The notes: a model not told the origin generated them from the sequence alone. Positions 17,392 through 27,816 are shown, numbered from the stretch's first letter. The stretch is DNA of 45,295 nucleotides from Bacillota bacterium (GCA_029778075.1 JAKORA010000069.1:1-45295); one strand, 5' to 3'. A program made the numbers and translations.

Positions 17392-17875
17392 GCTCCTTGA
17401 ACAGGGCTACAACGGTAAGGGCACCGGTGATGATCACCATGGCCTGACCCCATATGTCCGCCTGCCGGTGGGTCCATAAAGTTTCCCGTAAAGTATCTGC
17501 GGCCTCCGCTACGGGGGCAACAGCCGGCAACGAAAAAACCGGCGAAGTCACAACTAAAAGCAGCACAACTCCACTGATGATCAGGACTGCAGGCAAAAAA
17601 GCCATGCGCTCTTTATCCTCATAAAGCTTGGCCAGATCTTTCTTATCCGTATTAGACAAGCTGATAGCGCTGATAAATATTACCGTAATCAGTCCCGAAC
17701 AAACGGATATCTCAAACATTGCCGCCCATACAGAGCCAAGTACATACATGATAATGCCCAGCATTGCACTGGCAACCGCCAGGGCAATGGCAGACTTTAA
17801 CATACTGCGAAGCATAACAGCCAAAACGCCGAAGATAAACATCAACCCAAGGCAAATATATACAACGGCTTCCAC
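17384..17875 (-). CDS. MrpB/MnhB-like (MbhD/E-like) membrane subunit
   Basis: 163 aa, hydrophobic. The C-terminal ADIWGQAMVIITGALTVVALF resembles the MnhB-domain DTLGE...lgv segment. Position between the antiporter-like and NuoK-like genes fits. Confidence 0.55.
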   Translation of the reverse strand: MEAVVYICLGLMFIFGVLAVMLRSMLKSAIALAVASAMLGIIMYVLGSVWAAMFEISVCSGLITVIFISAISLSNTDKKDLAKLYEDKERMAFLPAVLIISGVVLLLVVTSPVFSLPAVAPVAEAADTLRETLWTHRQADIWGQAMVIITGALTVVALFKERE

Positions 17876-17889
17876 AGCCTCGTCCTCCT

Positions 17890-19356
17890 CTAAAGTATTC
17901 CAATTCCTCTAAGATAGAGAAGCGCAAAGGGGAAAAACAATCCCGTGGCAATTGTAACAACGGTGAGCATAATTTGGACAAATTTTATGCTGCCACCTAT
18001 TTCGGTCAACCCCGCAAATTTACTAAGCAGTTTGCCGAAGAACACCTTCTTTTGCAGCCGCAGAAAATAAGCGGCGGTAAATATGCTGGCAAAAAGCGCG
18101 ATTGCTGCAAACAACTGCAAACCGCTATTCCACAGTGCCATAATAATCAAAAGCTTGCTCCAGAACCCTGCAAAAGGCGGTATGCCTGCCGTGGACATAA
18201 AGGCTGCCAGAGATGAAAAACCTGTTACAGGCATCTTTTTCTCCAGGCCGCCCATCTCATCAATATCATATGTCCCCGTCTGTTCATGCACGGCTGCAGC
18301 GTTTGTAAAGAGAGTACTTTTGAAGGTTGCATGGTTGAACACATGTACAATTGCCCCCAGCAGTCCAAGTATACTGTCTGCACTTAATCCCAGTAGGATG
18401 TAGCCCATCTGGCTCACACTTGAGTAGGCCACAATGCGTTTGAAATGATTCTGCCGCAAGGCAAACAACGCCCCAATGATAATGGAAATAGTTCCCATTA
18501 TGGCCAGAGTCATATTAACAGCAGGCAGTTTGCTGAATAAGCCGGTTAAAATGATGAAGCCATAAATACCGGCCACTTTGATGACAATACCGCTTAAAAG
18601 CACGGATATAGCCGTATTTGCACTTTGGTGCGCATCCGGCAACCAGCTATGGAACGGTACCGCACCTGTTTTGATGCCAAAGCCGGCTATCATCAGGATC
18701 ATGGCAGTATATATGAGCATTAATTGAGGGCTGCTTTGACCCTCCAGGAGGTTCATACCCATAACATGCGCATACTGCAGGCTTCCTGTTTGCATAAAGA
18801 TAAAGGACAGCCCTGTCAAGATCATTATGCTGGCCAGTACGGACATCACAAGATATTTAAAGGCGCCTTCAAGCCCGGTGTCCGATTTGAACATGGCGAT
18901 TAAAACAAAGCTCGATATGCCCACGATTTCCAGGAAAACATAAAGGGAAAAAAGATCGGTTACCACCACCATGCCATTCATGCCCAGCATCAGCATCATC
19001 AGAAGATTGACGTATCCCGCCCTTTTCTTATCTACTGTCCGGTTGGCAACCAAAATGGAGGCAAGCGATACGAGCCCTATGCAAAAAAGTATGACCAACG
19101 AAAAGGTGTTTACTGCAAAACGCACGGATCCGGCATTAGTCGTATCACAGAAGAGAGAAAATTCATACTCATGCAAACGATACGCCGAAAGCAGTAAAAA
19201 GCCTGCTGCGGATGCTGCAATCTGCGTTACGGCGGCAATACCGGCCAGATATATGCTGAACTTCTCAGCAAGCTGTTTTGGCAAGAGAATATTTATCAGG
19301 AGTATGGCAAGGGGTACGACAAAAAATAAAACTGCGCTATATTCTATAACTTGCAT
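17890..19356 (-). CDS. Mrp/NuoM/HyfF-like antiporter-type subunit (Proton_antipo_M)
   Basis: 488 aa, polytopic. Contains PFHSWLPDAHQSANTAISVLLSGIVIKVAGIYG and YSSVSQMGYILLG. Confidence 0.85.
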   Translation of the reverse strand: MQVIEYSAVLFFVVPLAILLINILLPKQLAEKFSIYLAGIAAVTQIAASAAGFLLLSAYRLHEYEFSLFCDTTNAGSVRFAVNTFSLVILFCIGLVSLASILVANRTVDKKRAGYVNLLMMLMLGMNGMVVVTDLFSLYVFLEIVGISSFVLIAMFKSDTGLEGAFKYLVMSVLASIMILTGLSFIFMQTGSLQYAHVMGMNLLEGQSSPQLMLIYTAMILMIAGFGIKTGAVPFHSWLPDAHQSANTAISVLLSGIVIKVAGIYGFIILTGLFSKLPAVNMTLAIMGTISIIIGALFALRQNHFKRIVAYSSVSQMGYILLGLSADSILGLLGAIVHVFNHATFKSTLFTNAAAVHEQTGTYDIDEMGGLEKKMPVTGFSSLAAFMSTAGIPPFAGFWSKLLIIMALWNSGLQLFAAIALFASIFTAAYFLRLQKKVFFGKLLSKFAGLTEIGGSIKFVQIMLTVVTIATGLFFPFALLYLRGIGIL

Positions 19357-19382
19357 TTAATAAAAATCCCTCCTTCCTTTCC

Positions 19383-21248
19383 CTAAATAATTGCCAGAAA
19401 AAGTGCAATAATTCCCGCAACGCCGGTAATGGCCACCGCCAGATAGCGCGACAAACTTCCATCGTTGAAGCGTTGCAGTAAAGTCCCTGCTCCCTTGACA
19501 ATTCCGACAACGCCATCATCATAAAGCCATGTAATACAACGCTCTATGAAAACACAGAGGGCAGAAAAACCGTTCGCCACATGCATGAGCCAATTATAAG
19601 GATCAAACAACTGCTTTTCGGCCCCATTATATATACTTTTCAGCACAGGTGCGTAATGAATATGATCTGCAGCCTCCAGCGCACTGCCTGCTTTTTTACT
19701 TCCGTATAGATGATCACAGAGAGACAGAAGCAACACGCCGATGGAAATCAGAACAAGAACTGTGGAGTGGGGCCACCCCGAGTATACTGCCGTATCTCCC
19801 AACGCCGGACACAAAATGCCGTCCAGCGGCAATGTGTTGGCCACGCCAAAGAGCACGCACAATACGGCTAAGACACCCATCGGCAAAAACATGCCGGCAC
19901 TTGATTCCCGGATGTATTTTTTAGCTGATGGGAGTTTAAACTCTCCGCCAAATGCCGCTCTTCCCAGTTTCAGGAATGAAATGGCCGTCATAAAGGCACC
20001 CAGCAGAGCACCCAGATAAAAGACGACATTGCTTTCCAGCGCTGCGTCGAAAACGAGCTCTTTGGAGAAGAATCCGTTCAAGGGCGGCACGCCTGAGATT
20101 GCCAGTGCGCTTATGACAAAACAGATCGCGGTAACAGGCATCTTTCTGCCAAGCCCGCCGATTTTCCTGAGGTCTGTCGTCCCTGTCTGTATTTCCACAC
20201 TGCCCGCCGTCATAAAGAGGCAACTTTTATAGATGACGTGGTTAAGCATATGGAAAAGACCGCCAACGATACCTATAGGCAGCGCCGTTCCTATACCCAG
20301 CACCATATATCCGACCTGGCTGATGGCATGGTAGGAAAGCAAGCGTTTCATATCCTTCTGTATCAAGGCCATGGCCACGGCAAGGACGATGGTGAGCGTC
20401 CCGATGGTCATAACCGCAATGCTCGCGCCGCTTCCCGGCTGGAGATCATAAATATCCATAACAATGCGTGCCGTAAGGTAGATTCCCAGAAATTTTTCAA
20501 GGGCTGCAGGGAAGGCCACCATAAAGGGGGTAGGGGCATCATCCGCCGCATTGGGAATCCAGCTGTGGAAAGGCATGCTGCCCGCCTTGCCGACAGCACC
20601 CAGCATCATACAGACAAAGCCGGCGGCAGCTATCCCGGACACGGGCAATTTCTGCATCTGGCTGATATAAAGGGTCCCCGCCTGATAGGCAGTAATAATG
20701 ATACCCAGCATCAGCAAAAGGTCGGCGGTGCCCGATAGCGTCAAGGCTTTAACCGCTGTCTTCGGATTGTGCATGTTATTGATAAGCAGTATCCCAAAGA
20801 GGGTGCACAACAGTCCTTCCCAGAAAAACAGCATCACACCCAGATTATCCGACATGAAGGCACCGTTCATCATCGCCAGGCTTATATACATATAGAGCAT
20901 AAAGGAACCTGCATAATTTTTTTCCTTTAAAAATACGACACTATATAAGATGATAAGCAAAAAGCCGGCGGCGATAAACAGCAAAAACATTGAAGAGAAT
21001 CCATAAACATTTAACGCAATATCCAATCCACATGATGAGAAGGGAAAAACCAGATAAAAACCTTCCGACCGGTAAAGGCTTACCGCAAACAGAAGATTGA
21101 CAGCTGCGGATACCAGAGAAAGTATCAGTGTTGGAATATAGTGCTTACCCAGAAACCAAAGAACAACTCCGATGGCCACAGGCAAGGCTATCATGAACCA
21201 TATAATATTTGCACCACTGCTCAGAAACAGACTGATGGAATTCAGCAT
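19383..21248 (-). CDS. NuoL/MrpA/HyfB-like antiporter-type subunit
   Basis: 621 aa, polytopic. Contains PFHSWIPNAADDAPTPF and YHAISQVGYMVLGIG, with a C-terminal extension relative to the other two paralogs. Confidence 0.85.
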   Translation of the reverse strand: MLNSISLFLSSGANIIWFMIALPVAIGVVLWFLGKHYIPTLILSLVSAAVNLLFAVSLYRSEGFYLVFPFSSCGLDIALNVYGFSSMFLLFIAAGFLLIILYSVVFLKEKNYAGSFMLYMYISLAMMNGAFMSDNLGVMLFFWEGLLCTLFGILLINNMHNPKTAVKALTLSGTADLLLMLGIIITAYQAGTLYISQMQKLPVSGIAAAGFVCMMLGAVGKAGSMPFHSWIPNAADDAPTPFMVAFPAALEKFLGIYLTARIVMDIYDLQPGSGASIAVMTIGTLTIVLAVAMALIQKDMKRLLSYHAISQVGYMVLGIGTALPIGIVGGLFHMLNHVIYKSCLFMTAGSVEIQTGTTDLRKIGGLGRKMPVTAICFVISALAISGVPPLNGFFSKELVFDAALESNVVFYLGALLGAFMTAISFLKLGRAAFGGEFKLPSAKKYIRESSAGMFLPMGVLAVLCVLFGVANTLPLDGILCPALGDTAVYSGWPHSTVLVLISIGVLLLSLCDHLYGSKKAGSALEAADHIHYAPVLKSIYNGAEKQLFDPYNWLMHVANGFSALCVFIERCITWLYDDGVVGIVKGAGTLLQRFNDGSLSRYLAVAITGVAGIIALFLAII

Positions 21249-21254
21249 ATTAGA

Positions 21255-22664
21255 TTAGATCCCCCCCCTTATCAGAGATGCAAATCCCGACGGCACGTTT
21301 ATAAATATCCCCAGGGCAACCGACAGTACAGCGAGTAGCATAACCGATACCACCATCAGAGGTGCCCCTTCTTTTATCTCGGAGACGGTTTGTCCCAGAA
21401 ATACTTTGATAAAAAGCCTTGTAAGGTATAAGATGGTCATAACCGCGCCTGCGATAAAAACAGCGCCAAGGGCAATGTTCCCTGCTGAAATAATTCCGTC
21501 GATAACAAGGTATTTTGCAAAAAAGCCGCCGAAGGGAGGTATCCCCATTACGGAAAAAGCACAGAATAAGAAGGCCAGCGCGGTAAGAGGCATGCTCTTA
21601 TACAACCCACCCATTTTGGTTATATCCTTTGTATGCAGATTATGTTCCACAATGCCTGCGCATAGGAACAGGCCGCCCTTTGCCACGCTGTGCATCAAAA
21701 TATACAGCAATCCTCCCACAACACCAACCTCAGTGCCGCAGGATAATCCCAGAAGTATAAAGGCAAGCTGGCTTATAGTAGAATATGCAATAACCCGCTT
21801 GATATCGTTTGCCCGCATGGCCACTCCCGCGCTTATCAGCGCGCTGACAGCAGCAATAACAGGCACTGCAACAGTAAATACCGCATCGATATCTAAGTTT
21901 ATGACAAATATCCGTGCATACATATAAACACCTATTTTTACCAGCACCGCCGCATGCAGAAGCGATGTGACCGGTGAAGGTGCAACGCCGGCATCCGGCA
22001 GCCAGTTGTGCAGAGGGAATGTTGCGGATTTTGAAAGGATTCCGAACAAGATCAGGACAATAATCCAGGAGGGTATATGTGTGCCTTTTATAGCTGCAAG
22101 ATCAAATGTACCGGTTTCTCCATATATTCCAACAAAGCCAATGAGCATGATAAGCGCACCGGCTACAGTCACGATAAAAGCCTTGTTGGCACGGCGTATG
22201 GTTATTTCTTCACGGTAAAAACCGATGAGCCTCCAGCAGCAGATGGCCGATATTTCCCAGAATATATAGATGAAAATAAGGTTTGTAGAAAAGACCAGTC
22301 CCATCATGGCACCTATGAAGAGGCAAACCATCATGTAATATTCATTCTGATTATCATATTCCTTTATATATTCGAAGGAGTAAATAACGATAGTGCAGGC
22401 CACAAAAGAAGAGGTTAGAGCCATAAATACGGCAAGAGCATCCGCATAAAAGCCAAAGCTTAATCCCAGGGGTAGCTCGTAATGAAGAGAAAGAGGAGAA
22501 CCGGCAAGAACTTCAGGCAAAGCAAAGGCTGCACATAGAAAAGCGATAGCTGTAAAAGCTAACGCAGACATATTTCTTAGCTTTGTATTAATTGCTCCCA
22601 AAACAGGAAGAAGAAAAGCACCACACAACGGAACACAAATACATGTAATTATATTGCTTCCCAT
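21255..22664 (-). CDS. MrpD/NuoN/HyfD-like antiporter-type subunit, first gene of the hydrogenase operon
   Basis: 469 aa. Contains FPLHNWLPDAGVAPSPVTSLLHAAVLVKIGVY and YSTISQLAFILLG. SD AAGGTGGGAaataa-ATG. Confidence 0.85.
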   Translation of the reverse strand: MGSNIITCICVPLCGAFLLPVLGAINTKLRNMSALAFTAIAFLCAAFALPEVLAGSPLSLHYELPLGLSFGFYADALAVFMALTSSFVACTIVIYSFEYIKEYDNQNEYYMMVCLFIGAMMGLVFSTNLIFIYIFWEISAICCWRLIGFYREEITIRRANKAFIVTVAGALIMLIGFVGIYGETGTFDLAAIKGTHIPSWIIVLILFGILSKSATFPLHNWLPDAGVAPSPVTSLLHAAVLVKIGVYMYARIFVINLDIDAVFTVAVPVIAAVSALISAGVAMRANDIKRVIAYSTISQLAFILLGLSCGTEVGVVGGLLYILMHSVAKGGLFLCAGIVEHNLHTKDITKMGGLYKSMPLTALAFLFCAFSVMGIPPFGGFFAKYLVIDGIISAGNIALGAVFIAGAVMTILYLTRLFIKVFLGQTVSEIKEGAPLMVVSVMLLAVLSVALGIFINVPSGFASLIRGGI

Positions 22665-23048
22665 TTATTTCCCACCTTAAGAAGTCTGATACGCAAATGA
22701 TTGTGATCGTTTAACAGGTTCCACCTATTAACGGCAATATGGCAACCGCGAAAAGCATCTTGGAGCATAATTAATTTTGTGTAAATGAGTCTTCCACACT
22801 GCGTGGGACGTACTATTTTACCGGGGGAAAACCCCCAAATAAAGAGCCACCTCCTACCTTAACCTGTCACTGAAATAGCCGTCACAGCGATAAGCGATTT
22901 TGGTCCTGGCTACTTTCCTGAGTTACCGTTGATACCCTTCAATAGTATTCGTGTATGCTATTTTACATAAATGGTCATCTCCTTTTCATTGGTGGTTTTA
23001 TCCACTTACACAAAACTATGCTCGTTCTTTTAACCCCATTGCGAGGAT

Positions 23049-23108
23049 TAATATATTAGTAGTACTGTAATATAAAATACATTCTCCGTCAACCGTAATA
23101 TATTAGTA
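23049..23108 (-). promoter_or_regulatory. Candidate promoter of the hydrogenase operon, bracketed by two copies of a 13-nt element with a 10-bp palindromic core
   Basis: Minus strand reads TTGACG (23092-23087), 17-nt spacer, TACAGT (23069-23064). TAATATATTAGTA occurs at 23049-23061 and 23096-23108, and its core TAATATATTA is a perfect palindrome. Confidence 0.4.
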
Positions 23109-23208
23109 ATAAATCTATCAATCAGGGTATAAGATAATATTTAGCCATTTGCGTTGTGTAAACGAATTTTATTAAATTATGTTTATCGAAAAATAATGAT
23201 GTAAAATT

Positions 23209-24207
23209 TCAACATATCCTCGGAAGCAGCTCACCCCGTGGCATCATAATTTTCCTGCGCGTCCCGTACTCTGTCACGGTGTGTACATTACCGCGCCCCT
23301 TCCTGACTTCCCCTATTATCGCAGCATTCTTCCCCATATTAACAGAATGCAATGCTTGAAGCACACTTTCTGCGTAACGATCAGTCACCGATAAAAGCAC
23401 AATACCCTCATTGGCTATATACAGCAGATCCATCCCTAAAAGTTCACACGCCGCGGCTACGTCAGGGCGTACCGGCAATAGCTCATCATATATAACAATA
23501 TCTGTATCCGGGGTAATCCATTCACAAAGAGTTGCCGCTACTCCGCCCCGCGTCGGATCACGCATTGCATTGATGACACAATCCTTCTGCAACACCTTAT
23601 CAACCAGCGCTGCCACAGGCGCCACATCGCTTTCTATTGGCGGATTGAAGCCTATGTTTTCACGTGCCGACATAATCGCCATCCCATGGGAGGCCATATA
23701 TCCGCTTATGATTATTTTGTCTCCCGGAGCGATTTTTTGAGCAAGGGGCTGCCTTCCATTGGAAAATACGCCAATACCCGCCGTGTTTATAAAAATACCG
23801 TCGGCTGAGCCCCCTTCAACCACTTTCGTATCTCCGGTCACAATGGACACACCGGCTTCTTTGGCCGTCCTCGCCATGGATTGAACTATGCGCACAAGTG
23901 TCTCCATCTCAAATCCCGCTTCGATAATCATACCGACCGAGATATATTTAGGGCATGCACCGCTGACAGCCAGATCGTTGACCGTACCGCTGATGCAAAG
24001 CCTCCCTATATCGCCTCCGGGGAAAAACAGCGGTTTTATAACATAGCTGTCGGTGGTCATTGCTATTTTTTCACCCGCACGGCAAATAGCCGAATCGGTA
24101 AGGGGCCTCAGCATATCATTGGAATATGCGGGCAAAAAAACCTCCTGCACCAGTTCTCTGTATGCTTCTCCACCCGAGCCATGAGCAAGGGTTATTCTTT
24201 TCTGCAC
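23209..24207 (-). CDS. hypE: HypE, hydrogenase maturation (carbamoyl dehydratase)
   Basis: 332 aa, AIR-synthase-like. N-terminus ITLAHGSGG, C-terminal PRIC motif. Confidence 0.95.
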   Translation of the reverse strand: MQKRITLAHGSGGEAYRELVQEVFLPAYSNDMLRPLTDSAICRAGEKIAMTTDSYVIKPLFFPGGDIGRLCISGTVNDLAVSGACPKYISVGMIIEAGFEMETLVRIVQSMARTAKEAGVSIVTGDTKVVEGGSADGIFINTAGIGVFSNGRQPLAQKIAPGDKIIISGYMASHGMAIMSARENIGFNPPIESDVAPVAALVDKVLQKDCVINAMRDPTRGGVAATLCEWITPDTDIVIYDELLPVRPDVAAACELLGMDLLYIANEGIVLLSVTDRYAESVLQALHSVNMGKNAAIIGEVRKGRGNVHTVTEYGTRRKIMMPRGELLPRIC

Positions 24208-24210
24208 CTG

Positions 24211-25287
24211 TTATTTCTCTCCTCCGTAACGATAATATGCAGCACAGCTGCCTTCGGACGATACCATGCACGCACCCATTGGCCTATCCGGTGTACATCC
24301 TCGGCCAAAGTTTACGCAATCGGTCGGTATGCTTTTGCCGCAGAGAATACGGGCGCAGAGGCAACCCTCCGCTTCTCTAATATCATCCAGGTGAAGAACA
24401 AATTTATGCGCTGCATCAAATTTCCTGTAGCGTTCTTTTAGGCGAAGCCCGCTTCCCTTAATCTCCCCAAGGCCGCGCCATAACGTATCGCAAGGTTCAA
24501 ACACTTTATAAAGGAGTGACAAGGCTTCTCTGTTTCCGTACTCTGTAACCGCCCGGGGGTACATATTTACACATTTCCTTTCACCCTTTCGCAGCATGCG
24601 GACAATGCATAAAAGTGCGGCCATAATGTCATACGCCTCAAAACCCGCCACAGCCGCAGGCAACATGAGCTCATTCGCAACAAAGGAGAAAGCATCCGCA
24701 CCGATAATAGAGGCCACATGTCCCGGGCACATCAACGCATCGATGTTGCTTCCGCTTTTCAGAAGCTGCATGATGGCCTGCGGTATGGTTTTATGCGCAC
24801 ATAATACGCTCAGATTTTGTACTCCCCATTCATCGGCAGACTCAATCAGCGCAGCGGTAAGGGGCGCCGTTGTTTCAAACCCTATTCCGAAATATACTAC
24901 CTGCCTGCCGGGATTATCCTGGGCGATGCGCAAAGCATCCATGGGCGATGTTATAATCCGTATGTCCTTGCCCCTTTCATAGAGGGAATAAAGGCTTGTA
25001 TCACCGCATGGCACACGCATCATGTCCCCGAAGCAGGTAAATATGACATCATCCTGGTCTGCAATGGAAATCGCTGCGGCAATATCCTTCTGTGGTGTTA
25101 CGCAGACAGGGCAGCCGGGACCTGATATCAGCCTGATATTGTCAGGCAGGAGTTCCTGTATCCCATATTTGCGTATGTTTGTGGTATGCGTGCCGCATAC
25201 CTCCATGATGGTGAGCTGCCCCATGCCTTCCGCAAGCTCTGCTATGTTTTTTTTGATCTCTTCAATCTTATATTTCTTATATTTCAT
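24211..25287 (-). CDS. hypD: HypD, hydrogenase maturation Fe-S protein
   Basis: 358 aa with MEVCGTHT and GPGCPVCVTP motifs. Confidence 0.95.
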   Translation of the reverse strand: MKYKKYKIEEIKKNIAELAEGMGQLTIMEVCGTHTTNIRKYGIQELLPDNIRLISGPGCPVCVTPQKDIAAAISIADQDDVIFTCFGDMMRVPCGDTSLYSLYERGKDIRIITSPMDALRIAQDNPGRQVVYFGIGFETTAPLTAALIESADEWGVQNLSVLCAHKTIPQAIMQLLKSGSNIDALMCPGHVASIIGADAFSFVANELMLPAAVAGFEAYDIMAALLCIVRMLRKGERKCVNMYPRAVTEYGNREALSLLYKVFEPCDTLWRGLGEIKGSGLRLKERYRKFDAAHKFVLHLDDIREAEGCLCARILCGKSIPTDCVNFGRGCTPDRPMGACMVSSEGSCAAYYRYGGEK

Positions 25288-25290
25288 TTT

Positions 25291-25509
25291 TCACCCGTTA
25301 CCCAGCGTTTCCCCAATTAACTTTTCCAGCTCTTCACCGGCATCCTGATCCAGTATTTGTATTACAAACCCGGCATGCACAAGGGCATAATCGCCCACCT
25401 TTGCCGTTTTCATAAGCCTCAGGCTGGCGCGCTTGGAGACGCCGCCGTAATCTATCGCTGCATATCCGTCCTCTATACTGACAATTCTTCCCGGTATGGC
25501 GAGGCACAT
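25291..25509 (-). CDS. hypC: HypC chaperone
   Basis: Start set at the internal ATG at 25509, giving the obligatory MCLAIPG N-terminus (SD GGAGGTGacaact-ATG). The ORF-track start 25542 is rejected. Confidence 0.9.
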   Translation of the reverse strand: MCLAIPGRIVSIEDGYAAIDYGGVSKRASLRLMKTAKVGDYALVHAGFVIQILDQDAGEELEKLIGETLGNG

Positions 25510-25566
25510 AGTTGTCACCTCCATATACCCCTCTAGCGACAATTAACTGAAGGAATTTCGTTATTT

Positions 25567-27816
25567 TCACCTTTTCATCAACCATGATGCTGCCGCGGCT
25601 TGGCCGTAAGCTATCCCTCCGTCATTCGCGGGTACTTGTTCATTAGCATAAACAGCAAATCCGCTCTTTTGCAACCTGGCAATCCCATGGTGAAGAAGGT
25701 ATGCATTCTGGAAGACGCCCCCCGACAGCGCAACCTTACTGCTTCCATATTGTTTTTTGGCCAAAACAGCGACATCTACCAGCAACTGCACCACAGCCCG
25801 GTGAAACTTGGCGGCTATTCTGCCGCTGCTGCAGCCCTTCCTGATATCACGCACAATATCGCGGATCAGCTGGCGCCAGTCGAAGATCATCATGTTTTCT
25901 TCCCATGTAATATCAAAGCCGTAGCTTCCCTCTGCCGAATCATCTATAGCCTGTTCGAGATCAATTGCCGCCTGTCCTTCATATGTTGTATGAGTCCTTA
26001 TCCCCGCAAGAGCCGCAACAGCGTCGAACAGCCGCCCTGCTCCCGATGTCAGCGGCGAATTGATGCCGCGCTCGCTAGCAAGCAGCAACAGGCTCGCCTT
26101 ATCGCCATACCTGGCAAAAAAGTCCAGGGCCTCATCTTCCCCGCAAGAAATGCGCATCATCGCCAGCGCCATACGCCACGGTTCGCGGATTGCGGCTTCT
26201 CCGCCTAAAAGCGGGGCATATAGCATATGCCCTATCCGTTCAGTTTCAGCGATATCTCCCCAAAGCGCTTCGCCTCCCCACAGGGTACCGTCCTCCCCAT
26301 ACCCTGTGCCGTCAAAGATCAGCCCAATGGCCTTTTCATTAAGATCATGTTCGGCAAGAACAGAGGCAAAATGCGCATGATGATGCTGTATCTCATATAT
26401 GGGGAGCTTGTTTTTAAAACGCTCGGCATATCTTGTAGAAACATAATCAGGATGCATATCCCGGGCTATAACCTCCGGCTTTGCATCAAAGAGCCGCATA
26501 TACGACTCTATTTCCCCTTCATAAAATTTTTCAGTGTCGAAGTCATCGAGGTCGCCTATATGCCCGCTTAAGAAGGCATTTTCCCCTTTTGCCAGACAAA
26601 AGGTATTTTTTTGCTGCGCGCCCAGCGCCAATATGATCCAACTGTTGCCTTTCAGGTTTACAGGCTCCGGGGCATAACCCCGTGCGCGCCTGATTAGCCG
26701 GACTTTGCCTGATACCACCATGCAAACGCTGTCATCCATCCGGCGGAAAATTTTCCTGTTGTGCGTCAACACTGCGTCCGCCATAGCAAAGAGGCAGTTC
26801 ATGGCTTCATTATCGTCATAAATCATGGGACGGTCAGATATATTGGCGCTGGTCATTACCAATACATCATTGTTTTCCATTATTAGGCAGTGCAGAGGCG
26901 TATATGGGAGCATGACCCCCAAGCTGTTGTTAAGAGGTGCGATATCTTCCGCAATCTTGCAACTCTCTTTTTTCCTGAGGAGCACGATGGGCTTTCTTGC
27001 ACACTTAAGTGTTGCCTCCTCTTCGGCATCTACATAACAAAAACGTTTGACCGTATCAATATCACGCATCATTACGGCAAAGGGCTTGTCATAGCGCACC
27101 TTGTTTTTCCTTAACCTGGTGACAGCTCCTTCATTTTGGCCGTCACAGGCAAGATGATACCCTCCCAGCCCTTTAACAGCAATAATCCCGCTTTCCCTGA
27201 TACATTCATCGAACAGCGCCAAGGGGTCTCCATGCTGCCTTTCGCCCCTTTTGTAAAAGAAAAGCTTGGGCCCGCATACAGGGCAGGCATTGGGCTGGGC
27301 ATGGAAACGCCTGTCAAAGGGATCCTCAAACTCACGCCGGCAATCAGGGCACTGGATAAACTCGGACATAGTTGTATTTTTACGGTCGTACGGTATATCG
27401 CAGATGATGGTAAAGCGCGGCCCGCAATCCGTGCAGTTGGTGAAAGCATAGCGGTAGCGCCTGTTACTTTTGTCCGCAATTTCTGCCGCACAGGCAGCAC
27501 AGATGCCAATATCCGGCGATATCAAGGTGTTCCTCTCGCCATAACTGCTCGCTATAATAGAAAAATCCCTGTCACCCCGCAGGGGCTGCTTTTCCACATG
27601 AATAGTCTTTATCTGCGCCAGCGCCGGCGGATGACACTGCAACTCGTTAATAAACTCGTCACAGGCAGCATCTTCACCTTCTATTTCGGCATATACCCCT
27701 TCGGAAGTATTTCGTACATAGCCGCGAAGGGAAAGTGATTTGGCGAGCTTAAACACATAGGGCCGGAAGCCTACTCCCTGCACAACACCTTTTATTTTCA
27801 GCGAATAGCGAATCAT
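25567..27816 (-). CDS. hypF: HypF carbamoyltransferase
   Basis: 749 aa. Acylphosphatase-like N-terminus (KGVVQGVGFRPYV), two CxxC...CxxC zinc-finger pairs, then YrdC-like and Kae1-like regions. Confidence 0.95.
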   Translation of the reverse strand: MIRYSLKIKGVVQGVGFRPYVFKLAKSLSLRGYVRNTSEGVYAEIEGEDAACDEFINELQCHPPALAQIKTIHVEKQPLRGDRDFSIIASSYGERNTLISPDIGICAACAAEIADKSNRRYRYAFTNCTDCGPRFTIICDIPYDRKNTTMSEFIQCPDCRREFEDPFDRRFHAQPNACPVCGPKLFFYKRGERQHGDPLALFDECIRESGIIAVKGLGGYHLACDGQNEGAVTRLRKNKVRYDKPFAVMMRDIDTVKRFCYVDAEEEATLKCARKPIVLLRKKESCKIAEDIAPLNNSLGVMLPYTPLHCLIMENNDVLVMTSANISDRPMIYDDNEAMNCLFAMADAVLTHNRKIFRRMDDSVCMVVSGKVRLIRRARGYAPEPVNLKGNSWIILALGAQQKNTFCLAKGENAFLSGHIGDLDDFDTEKFYEGEIESYMRLFDAKPEVIARDMHPDYVSTRYAERFKNKLPIYEIQHHHAHFASVLAEHDLNEKAIGLIFDGTGYGEDGTLWGGEALWGDIAETERIGHMLYAPLLGGEAAIREPWRMALAMMRISCGEDEALDFFARYGDKASLLLLASERGINSPLTSGAGRLFDAVAALAGIRTHTTYEGQAAIDLEQAIDDSAEGSYGFDITWEENMMIFDWRQLIRDIVRDIRKGCSSGRIAAKFHRAVVQLLVDVAVLAKKQYGSSKVALSGGVFQNAYLLHHGIARLQKSGFAVYANEQVPANDGGIAYGQAAAASWLMKR

